Notes under the pieces: generated by a model | The model's database searches: none | What the model was told of the DNA's origin: nothing | Seen by the model: only the letters and a program-made list of their open reading frames with translations | IMG/VR virus record: IMGVR_UViG_3300021387_000034 | Location: 1-64,000 of that record | Source: a virus | Lineage: Duplodnaviria > Caudoviricetes | Length of the DNA: 64,000 nucleotides | Strand: one strand, 5' to 3' | Program-made: the position numbers and the translations under genes | In this document: one piece after another, positions 18,077-27,346 of the stretch | Numbering within the stretch: the first letter of the stretch is position 1 | How the letters are laid out: each line of letters starts with the position of its first letter

Positions 18077-18346
18077 TTATTTTTTAAATCGGTTCAAATA
18101 ATCTTCGCGCCCACATTCCCACATATCGCCATCAAACCATACCATAGACTCTCCTTTAATGGCTCGTTTGGCATCCGCTATGCTGCAATACGGAAACTCG
18201 TTCACTTGCATCAACGCTGGTGCGTTTTCGACTTTATTACTTGGATTGTCAATTAAGACAAACTCGTTTCCGAACTCATCCTCCACACGACGTATAAAGT
18301 GATTCTTATACGTGATGGTGTTTCTTGTATGAACTTTTACTTTCAT
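18077..18346 (-). CDS. hypothetical protein
   Basis: 89 aa, A-rich start context. Confidence 0.7.
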   Translation of the reverse strand: MKVKVHTRNTITYKNHFIRRVEDEFGNEFVLIDNPSNKVENAPALMQVNEFPYCSIADAKRAIKGESMVWFDGDMWECGREDYLNRFKK

Positions 18347-18383
18347 AGTTTTGTTTTATTTTAAGTTACTATGCCATGATTGT

Positions 18384-18683
18384 TTAATCAACATAATAAG
18401 TTCTAAACATATACGAACTTGTACAGGGCTTTCTTCGTTTGTCCGTTTCTTCTTCGTAATCAACTTGGAATGTTTCTCCTGATTTATTACTTCGTATCGC
18501 TTCATCAAGACAATAGAATGCGTTTATTCTATTCAAGTAATCAATTTGACTGTTGGTTAAACCATCAGCTTTTGCACCACGAATAGCTTTTTTGACACTT
18601 GAATACAAACCAACAACATCTTCATACTTTTTTTGGTAGTAGTTGTCTTCACCGTAAGCAGTGACAATGATAATTGTTTTCAT
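18384..18683 (-). CDS. hypothetical protein
   Basis: 99 aa, A-rich start context. Confidence 0.7.
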   Translation of the reverse strand: MKTIIIVTAYGEDNYYQKKYEDVVGLYSSVKKAIRGAKADGLTNSQIDYLNRINAFYCLDEAIRSNKSGETFQVDYEEETDKRRKPCTSSYMFRTYYVD

Positions 18684-18704
18684 AATCGTTTTGTTTTAGT
18701 TAAT

Positions 18705-18763
18705 AAAAAATGTGGCGGTAGCCGTTTCCTCCACGACTACAAAGGTTTATATTTCATACCGCC
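18705..18763 (-). terminator. terminator- or attenuator-like structure
   Basis: GGCGGTA...TACCGCC followed by ACATTTTTT, with an internal hairpin GTAGTCGT/ACGGCTAC. Confidence 0.5.
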
Positions 18764-19098
18764 TCCGTTTTTTATGTTGGTTACTTATTACCGCCCATTT
18801 TGAATATATCACCCGTAAGAATCATGCCAAGAACACCAACGATTAAAATAAATTCCATAACTTAAAACAACTCATTTCTGTTTAGTCATTCAATTCATAA
18901 TGATAACCACCAGCAAGGCGGCAACCGCCAAAATCACACGTTTGCGCAAAATAACATTCTTTACAGTCGTTATTGCCTTTCGTCTTAACTTCTATATATT
19001 TCATATCACACTTCACTTTCTTGTAAATAGAATACGTTTTATTATTTATATATAATAATTATTATATGTTATTCAAAATTAAGTGTAAAAATGCCACC

Positions 19099-19308
19099 TT
19101 ACAGGCAATCGAAATACGAAAGTATTCTAATATTCGAAACCCAGAAAGATTTCCAAAATTTAGGATATAATTCACCCGAAAGATAAAGCACACCACACCA
19201 ACACAACCCAATAAGCGACCACCAACCGCCGCTTAAAGTAAGCACGATGGCCACAAATAAAGCCACCGTGCAAACGAGATAGTTAATTACACTTTTCATA
19301 AATTCCAA
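19099..19308 (-). CDS. membrane protein
   Basis: Two hydrophobic segments. Confidence 0.65.
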   Translation of the reverse strand: MEFMKSVINYLVCTVALFVAIVLTLSGGWWSLIGLCWCGVLYLSGELYPKFWKSFWVSNIRILSYFDCL

Positions 19309-19493
19309 TTTAAAACTTCATTTTCAGTCGGTTTAATTCTCCATAAAACACCAGAGTATTTGTTCTGCCTTGTCATTACATCTATCGCAACGTCAATGTT
19401 TGCACAAAACGTACTCGGAATACCTTTTGTTTTTGCTTTTTCTTCCTCGTCCTTATCAAAAGGAACGACCATATATGGATAGTCTTCTTTCAT
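19296..19493 (-). CDS. hypothetical protein
   Basis: 65 aa, overlapping neighbours. Confidence 0.6.
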   Translation of the reverse strand: MKEDYPYMVVPFDKDEEEKAKTKGIPSTFCANIDVAIDVMTRQNKYSGVLWRIKPTENEVLNWNL

Positions 19494-19675
19494 AAAACAT
19501 ATATTGCATTAACTTTTGTTAGACGCTCGAAAGCAACATCATACATAAATCCTCTAACTTGATTCTTTCCGTCATTATAAACGTGCCAGAAACCTTTGTT
19601 CTCGCTGCATATCTCTACGACCTCATGCATACCGCTATAAGCGTTATAGAACTTCATTCCTACTTCTGCCTTCAT
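19490..19675 (-). CDS. hypothetical protein
   Basis: 61 aa, overlapping neighbours. Confidence 0.6.
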   Translation of the reverse strand: MKAEVGMKFYNAYSGMHEVVEICSENKGFWHVYNDGKNQVRGFMYDVAFERLTKVNAIYVL

Positions 19676-19851
19676 ATCAGTTCACATGTTTCTTATATCA
19701 TTTAAAACCTTTTTAGCATCGTTAGTATAGTTATCGTAATTGTCGCCAGCGATGAGTTCTAAAACTAACTGCTTTAAAATATAAAGTTCTTGTTTGGAAA
19801 ACTCAACCAAGACTTTTTCGTCAAATATCCGTTTCATGTTGTTTTTAATTT

Positions 19852-20331
19852 TTAATCCACATAATCGTAATAATACCTAATGGTATCGTCGTGCTGCTTG
19901 TTGTCGCTGTCGAACCATTCAAAGTACAAGTCTTTCGTCATAAGATATAGTTCGGAATACATTTCTGCATACTGACGATTGCCTCGTGCTGCATGTTCAC
20001 AAGCCTTCATGTTTAGCACAATGATAATTTCGGCAAAGAATTCGATGTCGTCACGCCAATTCGTCAAAGCATTGTTCAATGTGCTTGCGATGGCAGACAT
20101 ACCTTCCATAGGAACACACCACTCGGCAATCGAGAAGTCACTGGTGTATGTGGTCTTTCGCTTGTAATCTTCACGCAGGTTTGCTTCAAAGTTTTTCTCG
20201 CACCATGTCGCGTATGTAAACGGGTTACGGATATTGCGCTGAATTAAATCATCACACATGTCATCGTACTCGTGCGACTTTACAAAATCGCACATTTCTT
20301 TCACTCGTTGATTAAAATCTTTCTTTGTCAT
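19852..20331 (-). CDS. hypothetical phage protein
   Basis: 159 aa, aromatic/acidic helical. Confidence 0.75.
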   Translation of the reverse strand: MTKKDFNQRVKEMCDFVKSHEYDDMCDDLIQRNIRNPFTYATWCEKNFEANLREDYKRKTTYTSDFSIAEWCVPMEGMSAIASTLNNALTNWRDDIEFFAEIIIVLNMKACEHAARGNRQYAEMYSELYLMTKDLYFEWFDSDNKQHDDTIRYYYDYVD

Positions 20332-20352
20332 ACTCGTATTTGTTTTAATTAT

Positions 20353-20613
20353 TCATTCATCAACTTTACACCATACAGCCAACAAATAATTACGATTGCT
20401 ACCATCGTAGGAAACGTATTGACAATAAGTAGTACCTTTTACGTCATCGCCATCGTCAAACGTCCAATCCCTATAAGGCATTGTACCCATACACATACCG
20501 AACACAGGGCCGTCCTCTGCAAAACTTGTCTTATTAAAGAAAAAGTCACGCGAATAAATAACCATCATGTCGTTACCAACATGAGCCGTGATTGAAAAAT
20601 TGAACTTTGCCAT
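20353..20613 (-). CDS. hypothetical protein
   Basis: 86 aa. Confidence 0.65.
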   Translation of the reverse strand: MAKFNFSITAHVGNDMMVIYSRDFFFNKTSFAEDGPVFGMCMGTMPYRDWTFDDGDDVKGTTYCQYVSYDGSNRNYLLAVWCKVDE

Positions 20614-20645
20614 AACTCATAATCTTTAAAAGTTAAACATGTGTT

Positions 20646-20852
20646 TTAAATTTCGTAACCTAATTTTACATCTATCCACCGATGACATTCATTAAAGTCT
20701 GATGATTCAAAAACAACATCAAAATCTTCAATGTTGTAACCTTCATTGTTGTTAAGAAGATAATTCCCGTCCTCGTCAAAATCGTCATAAGAAAACACGT
20801 TAAAAACGTCCGTATCTTCCTGCGCTACAAAGAATTGCTTTTCTTGTTTCAT
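20646..20852 (-). CDS. small acidic protein
   Basis: 68 aa, D/E-rich. Confidence 0.65.
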   Translation of the reverse strand: MKQEKQFFVAQEDTDVFNVFSYDDFDEDGNYLLNNNEGYNIEDFDVVFESSDFNECHRWIDVKLGYEI

Positions 20853-20870
20853 AACATGATTGTATTTCGT

Positions 20871-21200
20871 TTATAAGTTGATAATCTCGATATTGTTTTC
20901 TTTGGCGTATGCCATGCCGTCCGTGATAGCATTTTTCATGCTTTGCAAACGATAGTGAGCAGAACCTTCTAAGTCTATGTCATTACACAAGGCATTAACG
21001 AGATTTTTTGTTGCCCCAACCGTCTGAGAAATAATGACATTCTTCCAACAAGTATTGAAAAACGTTTTACCTTTCCATATTGTATAATCACCTTGGCGAT
21101 ATACGAGCTTCCATCCCAAAATGTTTTCAATTTCATTGTACGTTTTTCTGCCGCGCGCAATATTTAAGCGGACAGCAAAAGAATTTATAATTTTTTCCAT
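20871..21200 (-). CDS. hypothetical protein
   Basis: 109 aa. Confidence 0.65.
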   Translation of the reverse strand: MEKIINSFAVRLNIARGRKTYNEIENILGWKLVYRQGDYTIWKGKTFFNTCWKNVIISQTVGATKNLVNALCNDIDLEGSAHYRLQSMKNAITDGMAYAKENNIEIINL

Positions 21201-21244
21201 AACTTTACCTCCTATATTTTAAATATATCACATTTTTCTTTGCT

Positions 21245-21553
21245 TTATATAGACCACCCGCAAAAATCGTCCTTTTCGTATTTCACGATATCTGCTGCGG
21301 TTTGATACACTTCCGAAGAATAATGGCCTGCACAATCAAACAACTCACAACCATCTGGCAAGTCAAGTGACAAGCCACAACATTTAATACCGCTGTTCAA
21401 AACAAGAAATTCGCAAACGTGAGTATCTCCGAGTGCGTCATAGTAACTAACATATCCAGAAGAACTATTTTTTAAAACGTCACGAGCATCACTGAACTCG
21501 TTGTACGTCTTATACTCTTTTACCGTATTATTGCAAAATGTTATCGTATTCAT
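21245..21553 (-). CDS. acidic hypothetical protein
   Basis: 102 aa. Confidence 0.65.
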   Translation of the reverse strand: MNTITFCNNTVKEYKTYNEFSDARDVLKNSSSGYVSYYDALGDTHVCEFLVLNSGIKCCGLSLDLPDGCELFDCAGHYSSEVYQTAADIVKYEKDDFCGWSI

Positions 21554-21666
21554 AATTTTAAATCGTTTTAAAGTGTTTATTTCTCACTACCTTATAAAGT
21601 GCCCACCGACGCAAAATAAATGCACCAGTGGGCACAAAAACATGTTTAAAATTAAGATAGGATATT

Positions 21667-21840
21667 TTACAGCTTGCCGCAAACATTATGCCACCAGCAT
21701 GATAACTCAAAACGAGCTGCCATCTTATAATTCCATGTGTGCCAGTGGTACATATCAACCGCCGCAAACAATGTCGGAAAAAGCGGGAAGCAAATAAAAT
21801 TAACAAGCACCCGCGCAAAGATTCTGATGTTTCTTTTCAT
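21667..21840 (-). CDS. small protein (57 aa), W/H/C-rich C-terminus
   Basis: Manual translation MKRNIRIFARVLVNFICFPLFPTLFAAVDMYHWHTWNYKMAARFELSCWWHNVCGKL; AAAAGTT-ATG start context. Confidence 0.55.
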   Translation of the reverse strand: MKRNIRIFARVLVNFICFPLFPTLFAAVDMYHWHTWNYKMAARFELSCWWHNVCGKL

Positions 21841-22089
21841 AACTTTTGTCCTCTTATCTTTTAGTGTTAAACATTATATTATTATTTCTTTTCTTTGTAC
21901 GTTTATTTTGTCGATATGCGCTTATTTTTACCTTTGTGGATAAATTACAAAGGTGTGCAAATAAATGCCTTAAAACGCTTAAAAACGTGTTTCGTTTATT
22001 ATATTTCGCGGGTGTAAAGGTCTTGCTCCTTTGTGCTGCATCTTAAAATACATTTGCACCCTATTTATAAAGTTAGTGAAGGGCTTTTG

Positions 22090-22905
22090 CTATTTGCCCT
22101 CCACTATCTTTTTTGCTATATTCTCAGCCGTTAGGTGTGCGCAATCATAATAACAAAGAATTGAGTTGAAATTCTTTGCATCTTCACAAAGGGCATCTTT
22201 CATTGCATCTTTTTTGTCAATTGCACGGCCGTATGTTCCAACAAAACCAGCGGGTATGCCTTCTGTTACTTCAATCGCTTTAAAGAAATGCCGCCGCAAC
22301 ATTGAGGGGTGAGCCAACGGATAACACATTTTTAGAACATCAAAAGGTTGGGCTGCACTTTTGATGCGTACCAAAAAAGCGGAAGTCGTTTTGCTCATTT
22401 CGCTTATTTCTGACAAATAAATATTTAATCTGATTCCTGATGCTTCAATAAGCATGCATGCCGAAATAAAATTTGCGGCCGTGTTAATTATGCTTTCGGC
22501 TGATATGCCACCGCCACAGCTGCAATTATAGCAAATGTTTAAAACTTTTTGCTTTTGTCTTATTTCGCGCACGTTTATCATTGCCGTTGGTATGCATGCA
22601 ATTGCATTTGGTACATTTGGAGCAACACCACACACACAACTGAAGATTTGCCGTTTTGATTGCATATTCTTTAATTTTAGACGTGTTGTAGAAACGCCAG
22701 CTGCTTCAATTTTCTTTTGTAACTTTCTATCACCGTACAAAAGCAAATCATTTGCTTCTTGATATGTTCTTGTTTTACAACAACTCGTTTTTCTTTCTGA
22801 TTCTACGATGCTGGACTGCTCATCAATAAAGTTATCCTGCACCTTTCTTTGTAGGTAGTTACTAAATTCGCCCAATGAATTGAATTTTTTATATATATGT
22901 TTCAT
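22090..22905 (-). CDS. vWA-like partner of the AAA+ ATPase
   Basis: VLNICYNCSCGGG (degenerate MIDAS position) and LAHPSMLRR; directly downstream of the MoxR-type ATPase. Confidence 0.55.
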   Translation of the reverse strand: MKHIYKKFNSLGEFSNYLQRKVQDNFIDEQSSIVESERKTSCCKTRTYQEANDLLLYGDRKLQKKIEAAGVSTTRLKLKNMQSKRQIFSCVCGVAPNVPNAIACIPTAMINVREIRQKQKVLNICYNCSCGGGISAESIINTAANFISACMLIEASGIRLNIYLSEISEMSKTTSAFLVRIKSAAQPFDVLKMCYPLAHPSMLRRHFFKAIEVTEGIPAGFVGTYGRAIDKKDAMKDALCEDAKNFNSILCYYDCAHLTAENIAKKIVEGK

Positions 22906-22993
22906 TGCTATTTGTTTTTTTTGTTTTAAGCGTGTTTTAGGTGTGCAAGTATATACTTTATTACCTGCACACCTTTTTAATACCTTATGGCTT

Positions 22994-24244
22994 TTATTTT
23001 ATCAATTCTGACATTGCTTTTGCCCAAACGTTGTCTTTATTTTTAAGTGCACCGTAAATGATGCGCACATCATCGGTATCACGCCCGCCAAAGACATTTC
23101 TTTTTAACGCTTTCGCCTTACCATATTTCTGTGCCAAATCACTTGCAAGTATTGAGGTTTGGCGGTACGATACGCACAACTGAATGCCAGCCGTTTTGAT
23201 TGCGTTCCGCAAATCGACTATAAAGTTATACAGAACTTCGTCACCTTTCGCCATTACATTAAATTCAACGTTTTTCTCATAGTGCATCTCGAAAAATGCA
23301 AAGCGGTTAATTGTGCTTGCGTCTTGAACGCTTCTTGCTGTATATTCAACGTCTGCACCCGTTAACGCTGTGTTACCTGCGGCAATTATGCGAAAATTGG
23401 GATGAGCTTCAACACAACCGATAATCGGAAAATCATATCTGCGGTTAGCTATTGCCGTGTTTAAAACTACAAGTGCTTCGGGTGCGCTTGCATCCATTTC
23501 ATCAATGAAAAACAACCCTCCCTTTGTAAAAGCTTTGAAAAACGGCGTATCTTGATAATTGCCGTTAGCATCTCCGTACCCCTTTACATCATGCGCAAAT
23601 AGCACCTGTGATTGTGTGTAATAATCGAGGTTAAGAGTCGATGCAATTTGTTCTGCTGTGTGCGATTTGCCGCAACCTGCTGCACCATACATATAAACGG
23701 GTTGCCCATGTGCTATATAGTCGGCAATCTCTTCAAAATCACTGCACCTATACTCGTTGGGTTTAACGCCAGCCCTTTTGATTATTGCCTTCACCTTTGC
23801 GGGTTCTGCTGTTGCAAGCTTGGTTAATTCTTCGCGCACTATTTCGCGTACCTTTGCAATATCCACATCACCGCCACGAAGATTTTTAATAGCTGCAATA
23901 AGAGCCTGTTCGTTAACGTCTTCGGTTGGTTCGTTATTATTTATACCTTCGTTAACTACTTCTTCAACTTCTTCAACGACCTCGGTCGGTTCGTTGACTG
24001 GTGCTGTTGTTGGTTTCGGCCGTGGTGTGCATGTGCTTTTCTTTTTCTTGATTGCCTCCCAGCCTTCGGCCGTTTTTAGGTATGTACCGTCTTCAACATG
24101 CTCATCGAGGACGAGGCATGTATTACGATTTAAGAAACGCTGACCACAACCTTTTCCGCGTACCGAAAAAAAGATGCGGTCGTTTTTGATTGTTAAATTG
24201 CTAACATTAACCTCTTCACCAGTGATTTGATTTTTGAATAACAT
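22994..24244 (-). CDS. MoxR/CbbQ-type AAA+ ATPase
   Basis: Walker A GAAGCGKS, Walker B FFIDEMD, IIAAGNT, Arg-finger DASTINRF. Confidence 0.85.
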   Translation of the reverse strand: MLFKNQITGEEVNVSNLTIKNDRIFFSVRGKGCGQRFLNRNTCLVLDEHVEDGTYLKTAEGWEAIKKKKSTCTPRPKPTTAPVNEPTEVVEEVEEVVNEGINNNEPTEDVNEQALIAAIKNLRGGDVDIAKVREIVREELTKLATAEPAKVKAIIKRAGVKPNEYRCSDFEEIADYIAHGQPVYMYGAAGCGKSHTAEQIASTLNLDYYTQSQVLFAHDVKGYGDANGNYQDTPFFKAFTKGGLFFIDEMDASAPEALVVLNTAIANRRYDFPIIGCVEAHPNFRIIAAGNTALTGADVEYTARSVQDASTINRFAFFEMHYEKNVEFNVMAKGDEVLYNFIVDLRNAIKTAGIQLCVSYRQTSILASDLAQKYGKAKALKRNVFGGRDTDDVRIIYGALKNKDNVWAKAMSELIK

Positions 24245-24306
24245 AATAAATTCTCCTATCTTTTAAAAGTTAAACATTAAATAATTATATCTTCGTGGGT
24301 TATTAA

Positions 24307-24639
24307 TTACTTTATATTTAGTAGATTAATCATGTTTTCGTACTTAAAACGAGTGCGGCTTTCGTTAACAAAGCGAAATGAATTTTGTTTTGGCATTACA
24401 CCAAGAAAAAACATTGCTTTATACAAAAAACTGCCACTAAATTTTCTGTATTCGTACATGATATGATATGCTTTTTCATCAAGAGAAAGTAACTTTTTCC
24501 AAGAGTTTTTATACTCCGCAAATGTTCTATCTGAACACGAGTGCATTACAGCCAAAGAAAGGCGGTTGTAATTCTTTGCTTCTGCTTTCATTTCCTTAGC
24601 AATACTCTTGTATTCGCTTAAAAGATTCTTAATTTTCAT
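24307..24639 (-). CDS. hypothetical protein
   Basis: 110 aa, AT-rich. Confidence 0.65.
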   Translation of the reverse strand: MKIKNLLSEYKSIAKEMKAEAKNYNRLSLAVMHSCSDRTFAEYKNSWKKLLSLDEKAYHIMYEYRKFSGSFLYKAMFFLGVMPKQNSFRFVNESRTRFKYENMINLLNIK

Positions 24640-24662
24640 AATAAAATACCATATAATTTAAA

Positions 24663-25010
24663 TTAAACGAATTTAACTTGCCCATTCACCTCAAGTGTAA
24701 CAGCTTCCTGCTGCATTTCGTTTTTGATACGCTCTGCAATTGCATAAACCTTTGCAAAGTTTTCCTGCAATTGTGCAGAACTGCAAAATGAATAAACTAT
24801 TGTAACCTCTTCTAATACGGTCTCCCCGTTTGCACACACCCAGCCACCGACGGCCTTCGATGCGGTTGCACCGCCAAACATTTGCGCCAACTCTGTTATT
24901 GTGCGCTTCACCTGCTCGCTGTTGTCTGTTTGCTCGTTAACGTTCACGGTTGAAGGTACATAAATACTAACTTTGCAGTCCAAATCGAATTTAAATTTTA
25001 AAGTTTTCAT
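24663..25010 (-). CDS. conserved phage protein, first ORF of the left arm
   Basis: 115 aa with FGGAT...GGWV...G..V.E..motif. Confidence 0.7.
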   Translation of the reverse strand: MKTLKFKFDLDCKVSIYVPSTVNVNEQTDNSEQVKRTITELAQMFGGATASKAVGGWVCANGETVLEEVTIVYSFCSSAQLQENFAKVYAIAERIKNEMQQEAVTLEVNGQVKFV

Positions 25011-25209
25011 AATTATATCTTTTAATAAACATAAATAAAATTGTGAGCTGGTATAAATTCACTAAACTCCCAGCCCGTGAAAATCATTTGTTCTGTTACT
25101 TTGTACATGTATATTCATTGCATTTTTTCGTGCATTGTTCCCAGTGCTAACTATCTTTGCAAATTACATGAAAACATGAGGCAAACGATATATTTTCGTT
25201 TTATTTTGC

Positions 25210-25450
25210 TTTTCTTTTGTTTTTGTTAGATGCTCTTTTTGCTACTCATTTATTTATACTTTTCGCTTCCCTCGCTCATATCATCGCGTTTTCGCTAAAG
25301 CCTTCAACGTTTCACCGCCTTTTAACTTTCGCTCGTGGCAGGCACCGCCACACCTTATTTATAGTCGGCTGTTCACCGACTCCCATTTGCACGACTGTCA
25401 CCCGCGTAAACGTTGTTTCAGCATGTCAAAAAACGCTTGTGTTATAAACA
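25210..25450 (-). ncRNA. candidate structured leader or small RNA with a boxA-like motif
   Basis: GC-rich island directly after a promoter; hairpins TGTGTT/AACACA, AGTCGG/CCGACT, GTGGCGG/CTGCCAC; GTTTTTTGACAT at 25423-25434. Confidence 0.55.
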
Positions 25451-25455
25451 CATTG

Positions 25456-25486
25456 CAAAGGTACAACAAGTTTTCAATATATCAAA
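25456..25486 (-). promoter_or_regulatory. main leftward promoter
   Basis: TTTG-N19-TACCTTTG. Confidence 0.8.
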
Positions 25487-26080
25487 CAAATCGGCCAAAA
25501 ATGTTATTTATTTAAATCTTTTATATATTTAGAAACACTTTTTCACATTTACACTTTTAGTCTTTTTCGCATCTTTGCACCCGCCTTTCAATTATGCGCG
25601 TACCTATTATATATAATAAATAAGCTTATAGCGCGTATCTTTACCCGCTGTGCGCTTTTCATGCTTTATAAGTGTATTATTATCGGTGTGATTGTTTTGT
25701 GTGCTTAAACAAAGTTTTTAAATGTTTGCTTGTTGTCTTGTTCCTAATTTCTCTGGTAACAAAACAAGCATCTTTTTTCGCCCCCGTTTTGATAGTGTTA
25801 TCTCAACACTTATTGCATGCTTTTATACCTAATTTTTAAGGTAAGAACGTTCAAAATGCAACTAATTAATAATCAATAAGTTAATATTTATTAACAATGA
25901 ATAATGTTTACATTATATTGTAACTAAATACTACCTAAATACCTATAAATAAAGGCTTTATGAACGATTATTGTATAATGTTATTTATGATTTTTTTGTA
26001 CAAAAGACCCCAATTTTGCCACCGTCGCGTTATCTCGCGTTTCGTGGGGAACTATTCCACACCCTATTTTTTCGCCGTTT

Positions 26081-26311
26081 TGTGTGCGCACACACACACC
26101 TTTTTTTATTTAGAATTGTATAAATAATTCCGTTAATTCCGTGAAACACCCATAAACAAAGACTTTTTAACCTCTTTACACTTTTTAAATATAAACCTTT
26201 CATTATGTTAAAACCCTTTATTCATGGGCATCTGCAAAGGTTTTAACGTGCATGATACACAATACAAAAATATAGCAATTAACAATTGTGTGCGCACACA
26301 ATTCTAAATAA
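26081..26311. repeat. palindrome and inverted-repeat cluster
   Basis: TGTGTGCGCACACA (26081-26094); AATTGTGTGCGCACACAATT (26284-26303); 14-bp IR TTATTTAGAATTGT (26106-26119) / ACAATTCTAAATAA (26298-26311). Confidence 0.8.
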
Positions 26312-27264
26312 GCGTGAAACATTATTTGGACAGACTTTCGCTATTAGTGTATATTACACACATACACGAAACACCAACCAATTATATAGTCACTTTTAGT
26401 TACTAACTTGTGGTACGGTTACTCACTTTCTTTCTTTTATATTTCTTTCTTATATTATATATATACTTATATATACTTAATTATATAATCTTATTTTCTT
26501 TTATGTGCCTTTTCTTTTTCTATAATCAAACATCGTTTGCCATGCCCTTATATAGACAAATTGTTGCTTGCTATATCATGAAACACAACAACGCAATTTT
26601 GCCCATTTATTTGCCCTTATTCGCACATCGCTTTATTTAGACAAATAATATAAAACCATGTTCGTTTTGTGCCGTTTCCCGTTTTTTTCTCGTGCTTTAT
26701 TGCATCATTCTTTTATTCTTGGCTGCAAAGTGTTGAAAAACAAGCGGTCAGGCATGTTTTTGTACTTGTGCAACGAACATTTAGGAAACGCAACGGCTTG
26801 AAAATCAATACTTTATAAGTTTTAGACGGGGGTGGGGGGGGCGTGTGTGCTTTTCTTTCGTGTGGTGCAAACAGTTTATTTCTGAAAAAAATAAATTTTC
26901 CGAAAAAGAAAAATTTTCAAAAATCGAAAAATTGAAATTTTGAAAAAAGAAAAAATTGTTGGTTATGTATCTTGTATTTGTGTTGTATGGTGGTAAAATA
27001 GTCAAATAAGCATGATTAAACCGTCTTATTTTGCTACTTTTGTACATATTAAGCGAAAATCGGGTAAAAATCATGCTTATTTTGTCGAATTACGCGTGTG
27101 TGTACGTGTGCGTATATATAGATAAACTTATTATTATATAGTGTTATTCTTTATATATAGATATTATCTTACATGCGCGTAATAAGGATATTATTATATA
27201 TAGTATATCTTAATATATAAAGTAACCTTTATAAATGTGAATAATATATAAAATAAGGAACTAA

Positions 27265-27298
27265 TATTGTAATATTTAAAATAAAGTTATTATATTTG
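27265..27298 (+). promoter_or_regulatory. rightward promoter of the replication arm
   Basis: TATATTTG -7 box; weak -33 box. Confidence 0.6.
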
Positions 27299-27346
27299 CA
27301 CCGTGAATTTTATATTTATTATTTAATTTATGATTTTGTATAGTAT

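Larger units (their letters stand above)
25011..27346. other. 2.3 kb non-coding divergence region (candidate origin, terminus or control region)
   Basis: No credible ORFs; separates the left and right arms; very AT-rich with palindromes and A-tracts. Confidence 0.75.

Noticed and set aside
21560-21840. Structured ncRNA
   Set aside because: Better explained by a 57-aa ORF with a typical start context plus a downstream hairpin (21599-21634).
26828-26841. Stable G-quadruplex
   Set aside because: Only two G-runs (5 and 8), not four G3 tracts.
25217-27074. ORF-track ORFs in the divergence zone (25217, 26410, 26805)
   Set aside because: Low-complexity F/I/L/Y translations of AT-rich regulatory DNA.
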